This document shows, in pieces, positions 1 through 10,921 of a DNA stretch of 64,000 bases (position 1 is its first letter; each line of letters begins with the position of its first letter). The translations under genes and the position numbers were made by a program. Under the pieces are notes generated by a model. It was not told the origin of the DNA. It saw only the letters and a program-made list of their open reading frames with translations, and made no database searches. This DNA comes from the human T2T-CHM13v2.0 reference genome, Homo sapiens: assembly GCF_009914755.1 (NCBI RefSeq), contig NC_060932.1; one strand, written 5' to 3'.

Positions 1-358
1 TATTTGGATAGCTTTGAGGATTTCGTTGGAAACGGGCTTACATGTAAAAATTAGACAGCAGCATTCTCAGAAACTTCTTTGTGGTGTCTGCATTCAAGTC
101 ACAGAATTGAACTTCCCCTCACATAGAGCAGTTGTGCAGCACTCTATTTGTAGTATCTGGAAGTGGACATTTGGAGGGCTTTGTAGCCTATCTGGAAAAA
201 GGAAATATCTTCCCATGAATGCGAGATAGAAGTAATCTCAGAAACATGTTTATGCTGTATCTTCTCAACTAACTGTGCTGAACATTTCTATTGATAGAGC
301 AGTTTTGAGACACTCTTCTTTTGGAATCTGCAAGTGGATATTTGGATAGATTTGAGGA

Positions 359-375
359 TTTCGTTGGAAACGGGA
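359..375 (+). promoter_or_regulatory. CENP-B box, intact (monomer k; recurs once per HOR)
   Basis: TTTCGTTGGAAACGGGA matches the 17-bp box with core NTTCGNNNNANNCGGGN. Confidence 0.95.
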
Positions 376-696
376 TTATATATAAAAAGTAGACAGCAGC
401 ATTCTCAGAAACTTCTTTGTGATGTTTGCATCCAGCTCTCAGAGTTGAACATTCCCTTTCATAGAGTAGGTTTGAAACCCTCTTTTTATAGTGTCTGGAA
501 GCGGGCATTTGGAGCGCTTTCAGGCCTGTGCTGAAAAAGGAAATATCTACCTATAGAAACTAGACAGAAGCATTCTGAGAATCACGTTTGTGATGTGGGT
601 ACTCAACTAACAGTGTTGATCCATTCTTTTGATACAGCAGTTTTGAACCACACTTTTTGTAGAATCTGCAAGTGGATATTTGGATAGCTGTGAGGA

Positions 697-713
697 TTTC
701 GTTGGAAACGGGA
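697..713 (+). promoter_or_regulatory. CENP-B box, intact (monomer b; recurs once per HOR)
   Basis: TTTCGTTGGAAACGGGA. Confidence 0.95.
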
Positions 714-867
714 ATGTCTTCATAGAAAATTTAGACAGAAGCATTCTCAGAACCTTGATTGTGGTGTGTGTTCTCCACTAACAGAGTTGAACCTTTCTTT
801 TGACAGAACTGTTCTGAAACATTCTTTTTATAGAATCTGGAAGTGGATATTTGGAAAGCTTTGAGGA

Positions 868-884
868 TTTCATTGGAAACGGGA
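868..884 (+). promoter_or_regulatory. CENP-B box of monomer c, disrupted in this copy (TTCG>TTCA)
   Basis: TTTCATTGGAAACGGGA here and at 8841-8857; intact in the other 7-mers (e.g. 11390-11406). Confidence 0.9.
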
Positions 885-1209
885 ATATCTTCAAATAAAA
901 TCTAGCCAGAAGCATTCTAAGAAACATCTTAGGGATGTTTACATTCAAGTCACAGAGTTGAACATTCCCTTTCACAGAGCAGGTTTGAAACAATCTTCTC
1001 GTACTATCTGGCAGTGGACATTTTGAGCTCCTTGGGGCCTATGCTGAAAAAGGAAATATCTTCCGACAAAAACTAGACAGAAGCATTCGCAGAATCACGT
1101 TTGTGATGTGTGCACTCAACTGTCAGAATTGAACCTTGGTTTGGACAGAGCACTTTCGAAACACTCTTTTTGTAGAATCTGCAGGTGGATATTTGGCTAG
1201 CTTTGAGGA

Positions 1210-1226
1210 TTTCGTTGGAAACGATA
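1210..1226 (+). promoter_or_regulatory. Degenerate CENP-B box of monomer e (CGGG core broken in all 7-mers)
   Basis: TTTCGTTGGAAACGATA here; TTTCGTTGGAAACGGTA in the other 7-mers (e.g. 9183-9199). Confidence 0.88.
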
Positions 1227-2061
1227 ATGTCTTCAAAGAAAATCTAGACAGAAGCATTCTCAGAAACACCTTCGTGATGTTTGCAATCAAGTCACAGAGT
1301 TGAACCTTCCGTATCATAGAGCAGGTTGGAAACACTCTTTTTGTAGTATCTGGAAGTGGACATTTGGAGGGCTTTGTAGCCTATCTGGAAAAAGGAAATA
1401 TCTTCCCATGAATGCGAGATAGAAGTAATCTCAGAAACACGTTTATGCTGTATCTACTCAACTAACTGTGCTGAACATTTCTATTGATAGAGCAGTTTTG
1501 AGACACTCTTCTTTTGGAATCTGCAAGTGGATATTTGGATAGATTTGAGGATTTCGTTGGAAACGGGATTATATATAAAAAGTAGACAGCAGCATTCTCA
1601 GAAACTTCTTTGTGATGTTTGCATCCAGCTCTCAGAGTTGAACATTCCCTTTCATAGAGTAGGTTTGAAACCCTCTTTTTATAGTGTCTGGAAGCGGGCA
1701 TTTGGAGCGCTTTCAGGCCTATGCTTAAAATAGGAAATATCTACCTACAGAAACTAGACAGAAGCATTCTGAGAATCACGTTTGTGATGTGGGTACTCAA
1801 CTAACAGTGTTGATCTATTCTTTTGATACAGCAGTTTTGAACCACACTTTTTGGAGAACCTGCAAGAGGATATTTGGATAGCTGTGAGGATTTCGTTGGA
1901 AACGGGAATGTCTTCAAAGAAAATCTAGACAGAAGCATTCTCAGAAATACCTTCGTGATCTTTGCAATCAAGTCACAGAGTTGAACCTTCCGTTTCATAG
2001 AGCAGGTTGGAAACACTCTTATTGTAGTATCTGGAAGTGGACATTTGGAGCGCTTTCAGGC

Positions 2062-2078
2062 CTATGGTGAAAAAGGAA
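2062..2078 (+). promoter_or_regulatory. pJalpha (A-box) motif in A-type monomer f
   Basis: CTATGGTGAAAAAGGAA at the position equivalent to the CENP-B box; a second copy in monomer h at 2399-2415. Confidence 0.75.
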
Positions 2079-2231
2079 ATATCTTCCCATAAAAACGATA
2101 TAGAAGCTATCTCAGGAACTTGTTTATGATGCATCTAATCAACTAACAGTGTTGAACTTTTGTACTGACAGAGCAGTTTGAAACACTCTTTTTTTGGAAT
2201 CTGCAAGTGGATATTTGGATCGCTTTGAGGA

Positions 2232-2248
2232 TTTCGTTGGAAACGGGA
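2232..2248 (+). promoter_or_regulatory. CENP-B box, intact (monomer g; recurs once per 8-mer)
   Basis: TTTCGTTGGAAACGGGA. Confidence 0.95.
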
Positions 2249-2569
2249 TGCAATATAAAACGTACACAGCAGCATACTCAGAAAATACTTTGCCATATTT
2301 CCATTCAAGTCACAGAGTGGAACATTCCCATTCATAGAGCAGGTTTGAAACACTCTTTTTGGAGTATCTGGAAGTGGACATTTGGAGCGCTTTCTGAACT
2401 ATGGTGAAAAAGGAAATATCTTCCAATGAAAACAAGACAGAAGCATTCTGAGAAACTTATTTGTGATGTGTGTCCTCAACAAACGGACTTGAACCTTTCG
2501 TTTCATGCAGTACTTCTGGAACACTCTTTTTGAAGATTCTGCATGCGGATATTTGGATAGCTTTGAGGA

Positions 2570-2586
2570 TTTCGTTGGAAACGGGC
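2570..2586 (+). promoter_or_regulatory. CENP-B box, core intact (monomer i; recurs once per 8-mer)
   Basis: TTTCGTTGGAAACGGGC, with all nine core positions retained; also at 21-37. Confidence 0.92.
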
Positions 2587-5500
2587 TTACATGTAAAAAT
2601 TAGACAGCAGCATTCTCAGAAACTTCTTTGTGGTGTCTGCATTCAAGTCACAGAATTGAACTTCCCCTCACATAGAGCAGTTGTGCAGCACTCTATTTGT
2701 AGTATCTGGAAGTGGACATTTGGAGGGCTTTGTAGCCTATCTGGAAAAAGGAAATATCTTCCCATGAATGCGAGATAGAAGTAATCTCAGAAACATGTTT
2801 ATGCTGTATCTACTCAACTAACTGTGCTGAACATTTCTATTGATAGAGCAGTTTTGAGACACTCTTCTTTTGGAATCTGCAAGTGGATATTTGGATAGAT
2901 TTGAGGATTTCGTTGGAAACGGGATTATATATCAAAAGTAGACAGCAGCATTCTCAGAAACTTCTTTGTGATGTTTGCATCCAGCTCTCAGAGTTGAACA
3001 TTCCCTTTCATAGAGTAGGTTTGAAACCCTCTTTTTATAGTGTCTGCAAGCGGGCATTTGGAGCGCTTTCAGGCCTATGCTTAAAATAGGAAATATCTAC
3101 CTACAGAAACTAGACAGAAGCATTCTGAGAATCACGTTTGTGATGTGGGTACTCAACTAACAGTGTTGATCCATTCTTTTGATACAGCAGTTTTGAACCA
3201 CACTTTTTGTAGAATCTGCAAGAGGATATTTGGATAGCTGTGAGGATTTCGTTGGAAACGGGAATGTCTTCAAAGAAAATCTAGACAGAAGCATTCTCAG
3301 AAACACCTTCGTGATGTTTGCAATCAAGTCACAGAGTTGAACCTTCCGTTTCATAGAGCAGGTTGGAAACACTCTTATTGTAGTATCTGGAAGTGGACAT
3401 TTGGAGCGCTTTCAGGCCTATGGTGAAAAAGGAAATATCTTCCCATAAAAACGACATAGAAGCTATCTCAGGAACTTGTTTATGATGCATCTAATCAACT
3501 AACAGTGTTGAACCTTTGTACTGACAGAGCAGTTTGAAACACTCTTTTTTTGGAATCTGCAAGTGGATATTTGGATCGCTTTGAGGATTTCGTTGGAAAC
3601 GGGATGCAATATAAAACGTACACAGCAGCATACTCAGAAAATACTTTGCCATATTTCCATTCAAGTCACAGAGTGGAACATTCCCATTCATAGAGCAGGT
3701 TTGAAACACTCTTTTTGGAGTATCTGGAAGTGGACATTTGGAGCGCTTTCTGAACTATGGTGAAAAAGGAAATATCTTCCAATGAAAACAAGACAGAAGC
3801 ATTCTGAGAAACTTATTTGTGATGTGTGTCCTCAACAAACGGACTTGAACCTTTCGTTTCATGCAGTACTTCTGGAACACTCTTTTTGAAGATTCTGCAT
3901 GCGGATATTTGGATAGCTTTGAGGATTTCGTTGGAAACGGGCTTACATGTAAAAATTAGACAGCAGCATTCTCAGAAACTTCTTTGTGGTGTCTGCATTC
4001 AAGTCACAGAATTGAACTTCCCCTCACATAGAGCAGTTGTGCAGCACTCTATTTGTAGTATCTGGAAGTGGACATTTGGAGGGCTTTGTAGCCTATCTGG
4101 AAAAAGGAAATATCTTCCCATGAATGCGAGATAGAAGTAATCTCAGAAACATGTTTATGCTGTATCTACTCAACTAACTGTGCTGAACATTTCTATTGAT
4201 AGAGCAGTTTTGAGACACTCTTCTTTTGGAATCTGCAAGTGGATATTTGGATAGATTTGAGGATTTCGTTGGAAACGGGATTATATATCAAAAGTAGACA
4301 GCAGCATTCTCAGAAACTTCTTTGTGATGTTTGCATCCAGCTCTCAGAGTTGAACATTCCCTTTCATAGAGTAGGTTTGAAACCCTCTTTTTATAGTGTC
4401 TGGAAGCGGGCATTTGGAGCGCTTTCAGGCCTATGCTTAAAATAAGAAATATCTACCTACAGAAACTAGACAGAAGCATTCTGAGAATCACGTTTGTGAT
4501 GTGGGTACTCAACTAACAGTGTTGATCCATTCTTTTGATACAGCAGTTTTGAACCACACTTTTTGTAGAATCTGCAAGAGGATATTTGGATAGCTGTGAG
4601 GATTTCGTTGGAAACGGGAATGTCTTCAAAGAAAATCTAGACAGAAGCATTCTCAGAAACACCTTCGTGATGTTTGCAATCAAGTCACAGAGTTGAACCT
4701 TCCGTTTCATAGAGCAGGTTGGAAACACTCTTATTGTAGTATCTGGAAGTGGACATTTGGAGCGCTTTCAGGCCTATGGTGAAAAAGGAAATATCTTCCC
4801 ATAAAAACGACATAGAAGCTATCTCAGGAACTTGTTTATGATGCATCTAATCAACTAACAGTGTTGAACCTTTGTACTGACAGAGCAGTTTGAAACACTC
4901 TTTTTTTGGAATCTGCAAGTGGATATTTGGATCGCTTTGAGGATTTCGTTGGAAACGGGATGCAATATAAAACGTACACAGCAGCATACTCAGAAAATAC
5001 TTTGCCATATTTCCATTCAAGTCAGAGAGTGGAACATTCCCATTCATAGAGCAGGTTTGAAACACTCTTTTTGGAGTATCTGGAAGTGGACATTTGGAGC
5101 GCTTTCTGAACTATGGTGAAAAAGGAAATATCTTCCAATGAAAACAAGACAGAAGCATTCTGAGAAACTTATTTGTGATGTGTGTCCTCAACAAACGGAC
5201 TTGAACCTTTCGTTTCATGCAGTACTTCTGGAACACTCTTTTTGAAGATTCTGCATGCGGATATTTGGATAGCTTTGAGGATTTCGTTGGAAACGGGCTT
5301 ACATGTAAAAATTAGACAGCAGCATTCTCAGAAACTTCTTTGTGGTGTCTGCATTCAAGTCACAGAATTGAACTTCCCCTCACATAGAGCAGTTGTGCAG
5401 CACTCTATTTGTAGTATCTGGAAGTGGACATTTGGATGGCTATGTAGCCTATCTGGAAAAAGGAAATATCTTCCCATGAATGCGAGATAGAAGTAATCTC

Positions 5501-5619
5501 AGAAACATGTTTATGCTGTATCTACTCAACTAACTGTGCTGAACATTTCTATTGATAGAGCAGTTTTGAGACACTCTTCTTTTGGAATCTGCAAGTAGAT
5601 ATTTGGATAGATTTGAGGA

Positions 5620-5636
5620 TTTCGTTGGAAACTCGA
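5620..5636 (+). promoter_or_regulatory. Disrupted CENP-B box (CGGG>CTCG) in monomer k
   Basis: TTTCGTTGGAAACTCGA; identical lesion at 6976-6992. Confidence 0.9.
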
Positions 5637-8372
5637 TTATATATAAAAAGTAGACAGCAGCATTCTCAGAAACTTCTTTGTGATGTTTGCATCCAGCTCT
5701 CAGAGTTGAACATTCCCTTTCATAGAGTAGGTTTGAAACCCTCTTTTTATAGTGTCTGCAAGCGGGCATTTGGAGCGCTTTCAGGCCTATGCTTAAAATA
5801 GGAAATATCTACCTACAGAAACTAGACAGAAGCATTCTGAGAATCACGTTTGTGATGTGGGTACTCAACTAACAGTGTTGATCCATTCTTTTGATACAGC
5901 AGTTTTGAACCACACTTTTTGTAGAATCTGCAAGAGGATATTTGGATAGCTGTGAGGATTTCGTTGGAAACGGGAATGTCTTCAAAGAAAATCTAGACAG
6001 AAGCATTCTCAGAAACACCTTCGTGATGTTTGCAATCAAGTCACAGAGTTGAACCTTCCGTTTCATAGAGCAGGTTGGAAACACTCTTATTGTAGTATCT
6101 GGAAGTGGACATTTGGAGCGCTTTCAGGCCTATGGTGAAAAAGGAAATATCTTCCCATAAAAACGACATAGAAGCTATCTCAGGAACTTGTTTATGATGC
6201 ATCTAATCAACTAACAGTGTTGAACCTTTGTACTGACAGAGCAGTTTGAAACACTCTTTTTTTGGAATCTGCAAGTGGATATTTGGATCGCTTTGAGGAT
6301 TTCGTTGGAAACGGGATGCAATATAAAACGTACACAGCAGCATACTCAGAAAATACTTTGCCATATTTCCATTCAAGTCACAGAGTGGAACATTCCCATT
6401 CATAGAGCAGGTTTGAAACACTCTTTTTGGAGTATCTGGAAGTGGACATTTGGAGCGCTTTCTGAACTATGGTGAAAAAGGAAATATCTTCCAATGAAAA
6501 CAAGACAGAAGCATTCTGAGAAACTTATTTGTGATGTGTGTCCTCAACAAACGGACTTGAACCTTTCGTTTCATGCAGTACTTCTGGAACACTCTTTTTG
6601 AAGATTCTGCATGCGGATATTTGGATAGCTTTGAGGATTTCGTTGGAAACGGGCTTACATGTAAAAATTAGACAGCAGCATTCTCAGAAACTTCTTTGTG
6701 GTGTCTGCATTCAAGTCACAGAATTGAACTTCCCCTCACATAGAGCAGTTGTGCAGCACTCTATTTGTAGTATCTGGAAGTGGACATTTGGATGGCTATG
6801 TAGCCTATCTGGAAAAAGGAAATATCTTCCCATGAATGCGAGATAGAAGTAATCTCAGAAACATGTTTATGCTGTATCTACTCAACTAACTGTGCTGAAC
6901 ATTTCTATTGATAGAGCAGTTTTGAGACACTCTTCTTTTGGAATCTGCAAGTAGATATTTGGATAGATTTGAGGATTTCGTTGGAAACTCGATTATATAT
7001 AAAAAGTAGACAGCAGCATTCTCAGAAACTTCTTTGTGATGTTTGCATCCAGCTCTCAGAGTTGAACATTCCCTTTCATAGAGTAGGTTTGAAACCCTCT
7101 TTTTATAGTGTCTGCAATCGGGCATTTGGAGCGCTTTCAGGCCTATGCTTAAAATAGGAAATATCTACCTACAGAAACTAGACAGAAGCATTCTGAGAAT
7201 CACGTTTGTGATGTGGGTACTCAACTAACAGTGTTGATCCATTCTTTTGATACAGCAGTTTTGAACCACACTTTTTGTAGAATCTGCAAGAGGATATTTG
7301 GATAGCTGTGAGGATTTCGTTGGAAACGGGAATGTCTTCAAAGAAAATCTAGACAGAAGCATTCTCAGAAACACCTTCGTGATGTTTGCAATCAAGTCAC
7401 AGAGTTGAACCTTCCGTTTCATAGAGCAGGTTGGAAACACTCTTATTGTAGTATCTGGAAGTGGACATTTGGAGCGCTTTCAGGCCTATGGTGAAAAAGG
7501 AAATATCTTCCCATAAAAACGACATAGAAGCTATCTCAGGAACTTGTTTATGATGCATCTAATCAACTAACAGTGTTGAACCTTTGTACTGACAGAGCAG
7601 TTTGAAACACTCTTTTTTTGGAATCTGCAAGTGGATATTTGGATCGCTTTGAGGATTTCGTTGGAAACGGGATGCAATATAAAACGTACACAGCAGCATA
7701 CTCAGAAAATACTTTGCCATATTTCCATTCAAGTCACAGAGTGGAACATTCCCATTCATAGAGCAGGTTTGAAACACTCTTTTTGGAGTATCTGGAAGTG
7801 GACATTTGGAGCGCTTTCTGAACTATGGTGAAAAAGGAAATATCTTCCAATGAAAACAAGACAGAAGCATTCTGAGAAACTTATTTGTGATGTGTGTCCT
7901 CAACAAACGGACTTGAACCTTTCGTTTCATGCAGTACTTCTGGAACACTCTTTTTGAAGATTCTGCATGCGGATATTTGGATAGCTTTGAGGATTTCGTT
8001 GGAAACGGGCTTACATGTAAAAATTAGACAGCAGCATTCTCAGAAACTTCTTTGTGGTGTCTGCATTCAAGTCACAGAATTGAACTTCCCCTCACATAGA
8101 GCAGTTGTGCAGCACTCTATTTGTAGTATCTCGAAGTGGACATTTGGAGGGCTTTGTAGCCTATCTGGAAAAAGGAAATATCTTCCCATGAATGCGAGAT
8201 AGAAGTAATCTCAGAAACATGTTTATGCTGTATCTTCTCAACTAACTGTGCTGAACATTTCTATTGATAGAGCAGTTTTGAGACACTCTTCTTTTGGAAT
8301 CTGCAAGTGGATATTTGGATAGATTTGAGGATTTCGTTGGAAACGGGATTATATATAAAAAGTAGACAGCAG

Positions 8373-10921
8373 CATTCTCAGAAACTTCTTTGTGATGTTT
8401 GCATCCAGCTCTCAGAGTTGAACATTCCCTTTCATAGAGTAGGTTTGAAACCCTCTTTTTATAGTGTCTGGAAGCGGGCATTTGGAGCGCTTTCAGGCCT
8501 ATGCTGAAAAAGGAAATATCTACCTATAGAAACTAGACAGAAGCATTCTGAGAATCACGTTTGTGATGTGGGTACTCAACTAACAGTGTTGATCCATTCT
8601 TTTGATACAGCAGTTTTGAACCACACTTTTTGTAGAATCTGCAAGTGGATATTTGGATAGCTGTGAGGATTTCGTTGGAAACGGGAATGTCTTCATAGAA
8701 AATTTAGACAGAAGCATTCTCAGAACCTTGATTGTGGTGTGTGTTCTCCACTAACAGAGTTGAACCTTTCTTTTGACAGAACTGTTCTGAAACATTCTTT
8801 TTATAGAATCTGGAAGTGGATATTTGGAAAGCTTTGAGGATTTCATTGGAAACGGGAATATCTTCAAATAAAATCTAGCCAGAAGCATTCTAAGAAACAT
8901 CTTAGGGATGTTTACATTCAAGTCACAGAGTTGAACATTCCCTTTCACAGAGCAGGTTTGAAACAATCTTCTCGTACTATCTGGCAGTGGACATTTTGAG
9001 CTCCTTGGGGCCTATGCTGAAAAAGGAAATATCTTCCGACAAAAACTAGACAGAAGCATTCGCAGAATCACGTTTGTGATGTGTGCACTCAACTGTCAGA
9101 ATTGAACCTTGGTTTGGACAGAGCACTTTTGAAACACTCTTTTTGTAGAATCTGCAGGTGGATATTTGGCTAGCTTTGAGGATTTCGTTGGAAACGGTAA
9201 TGTCTTCAAAGAAAATCTAGACAGAAGCATTCTCAGAAACACCTTCGTGATGTTTGCAATCAAGTCACAGAGTTGAACCTTCCGTTTCATAGAGCAGGTT
9301 GGAAACACTCTTTTTGTAGTATCTGGAAGTGGACATTTGGAGGGCTTTGTAGCCTATCTGGAAAAAGGAAATATCTTCCCATGAATGCGAGATAGAAGTA
9401 ATCTCAGAAACACGTTTATGCTGTATCTACTCAACTAACTGTGCTGAACATTTCTATTGATAGAGCAGTTTTGAGACACTCTTCTTTTGGAATCTGCAAG
9501 TGGATATTTGGATAGATTTGAGGATTTCGTTGGAAACGGGATTATATATAAAAAGTAGACAGCAGCATTCTCAGAAACTTCTTTGTGATGTTTGCATCCA
9601 GCTCTCAGAGTTGAACATTCCCTTTCATAGAGTAGGTTTGAAACCCTCTTTTTATAGTGTCTGGAAGCGGGCATTTGGAGCGCTTTCAGGCCTATGCTTA
9701 AAATAGGAAATATCTACCTACAGAAACTAGACAGAAGCATTCTGAGAATCACGTTTGTGATGTGGGTACTCAACTAACAGTGTTGATCTATTCTTTTGAT
9801 ACAGCAGTTTTGAACCACACTTTTTGTAGAATCTGCAAGAGGATATTTGGATACCTGTGAGGATTTCGTTGGAAACGGGAATGTCTTCAAAGAAAATCTA
9901 GACAGAAGCATTCTCAGAAATACCTTCGTGATGTTTGCAATCAAGTCACAGAGTTGAACCTTCCGTTTCATAGAGCAGGTTGGAAACACTCTTTTTGTAC
10001 TATCTGGAAGTGGACATTTGGAGCGCTTTCAGGCCTATGGTGAAAAAGGAAATATCTTCCCATAAAAACGACATAGAAGCTATCTCAGGAACTTGTTTAT
10101 GAGGCATCTAATCAACTAACAGTGTTGAACCTTTGTACTGACAGAGCAGTTTGAAACACTCTTTTTTTGGAATCTGCAAGTGGATATTTGGATCGCTTTG
10201 AGGATTTCGTTGGAAACGGGATGCAATATAAAACGTACACAGCAGCATACTCAGAAAATACTTTGCCATATTTCCATTCAAGTCACAGAGTGGAACATTC
10301 CCATTCATAGAGCAGGTTGGAAACACTCTTTTTGGAGTATCTGGAAGTGGACATTTGGAGCGCTTTCTGAACTATGGTGAAAAAGGAAATATCTTCCAAT
10401 GAAAACAAGACAGAAGCATTCTGAGAAACTTATTTTTGATGTGTGTCCTCAACAAACGGACTTGAACCTTTCGTTTCATGCAGTACTTCTGGAACACTCT
10501 TTTTGAAGATTCTGCATGCGGATATTTGGATAGCTTTGAGGATTTCGTTGGAAACGGGCTTACATGTAAAAATTAGACAGCAGCATTCTCAGAAACTTCT
10601 TTGTGGTGTCTGCATTCAAGTCACAGAATTGAACATCCCCTCACATAGAGCAGTTGTGCAGCACTCTATTTGTAGTATCTGGAAGTGGACATTTGGAGGG
10701 CTTTGTAGCCTATGTGGAAAAAGGAAATATCTTCCCATGAATGCGAGATAGAAGTAATCTCAGAAACATGTTTATGCTGTATCTACTCAACTAACTGTGC
10801 TGAACATTTCTATTGATAGAGCAGTTTTGAGACACTCTTCTTTTGGAATCTGCAAGTGGATATTTGGATAGATTTGAGGATTTCGTTGGAAACGGGATTA
10901 TATATAAAAAGTAGACAGCAG
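8373..10921 (+). repeat. 7-mer + 8-mer (15-mer, 2549 bp)
   Basis: Anchors 8307 -> 9500 (1193) -> 10856 (1356). Confidence 0.9.

Larger units (their letters stand above)
400..1592 (+). repeat. 7-mer HOR (1193 bp), reference copy: monomers a, b, c, d, e, f/j hybrid, k
   Basis: Monomer starts at 400, 571, 742, 913, 1084, 1255, 1426 (6x171+167=1193). Monomers c (aaccttgattgtg), d (cattctaagaaacatcttaggg) and e (cattcgcagaatcac) occur only in this variant. Confidence 0.93.
1593..2948 (+). repeat. 8-mer HOR (1356 bp), reference copy: monomers a', b/e hybrid, f, g, h, i, j, k
   Basis: Monomer starts at 1593, 1765, 1936, 2107, 2273, 2444, 2611, 2782 (172+171+171+166+171+167+171+167=1356). Monomers h (catactcagaaaatac) and i (gtgtgtcctcaacaaacgg) occur only in this variant. 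Confidence 0.93.
1593..8372 (+). repeat. Run of five tandem 8-mer HORs
   Basis: Homologous ORF-track anchors at 2470, 3826, 5182, 6538, 7894 are spaced exactly 1356 bp. Confidence 0.93.

Noticed and set aside
376-390. TATA-like element ttatatataaaa just after the monomer k CENP-B box
   Set aside because: It is an AT-rich satellite motif repeated in each HOR. Alpha-satellite transcription is known, but nothing here supports a defined promoter.
1593-2948. Assignment to other SF2 arrays with similar unit sizes (D14Z9/D22Z1 8-mer, D9Z4 7-mer, D15Z3 11/15-mer, D13Z1/D21Z1 11-mer)
   Set aside because: Interleaved 7- and 8-mers deriving from one 11-mer fit D8Z2 better. These alternatives are disfavoured but not formally excluded without alignment.
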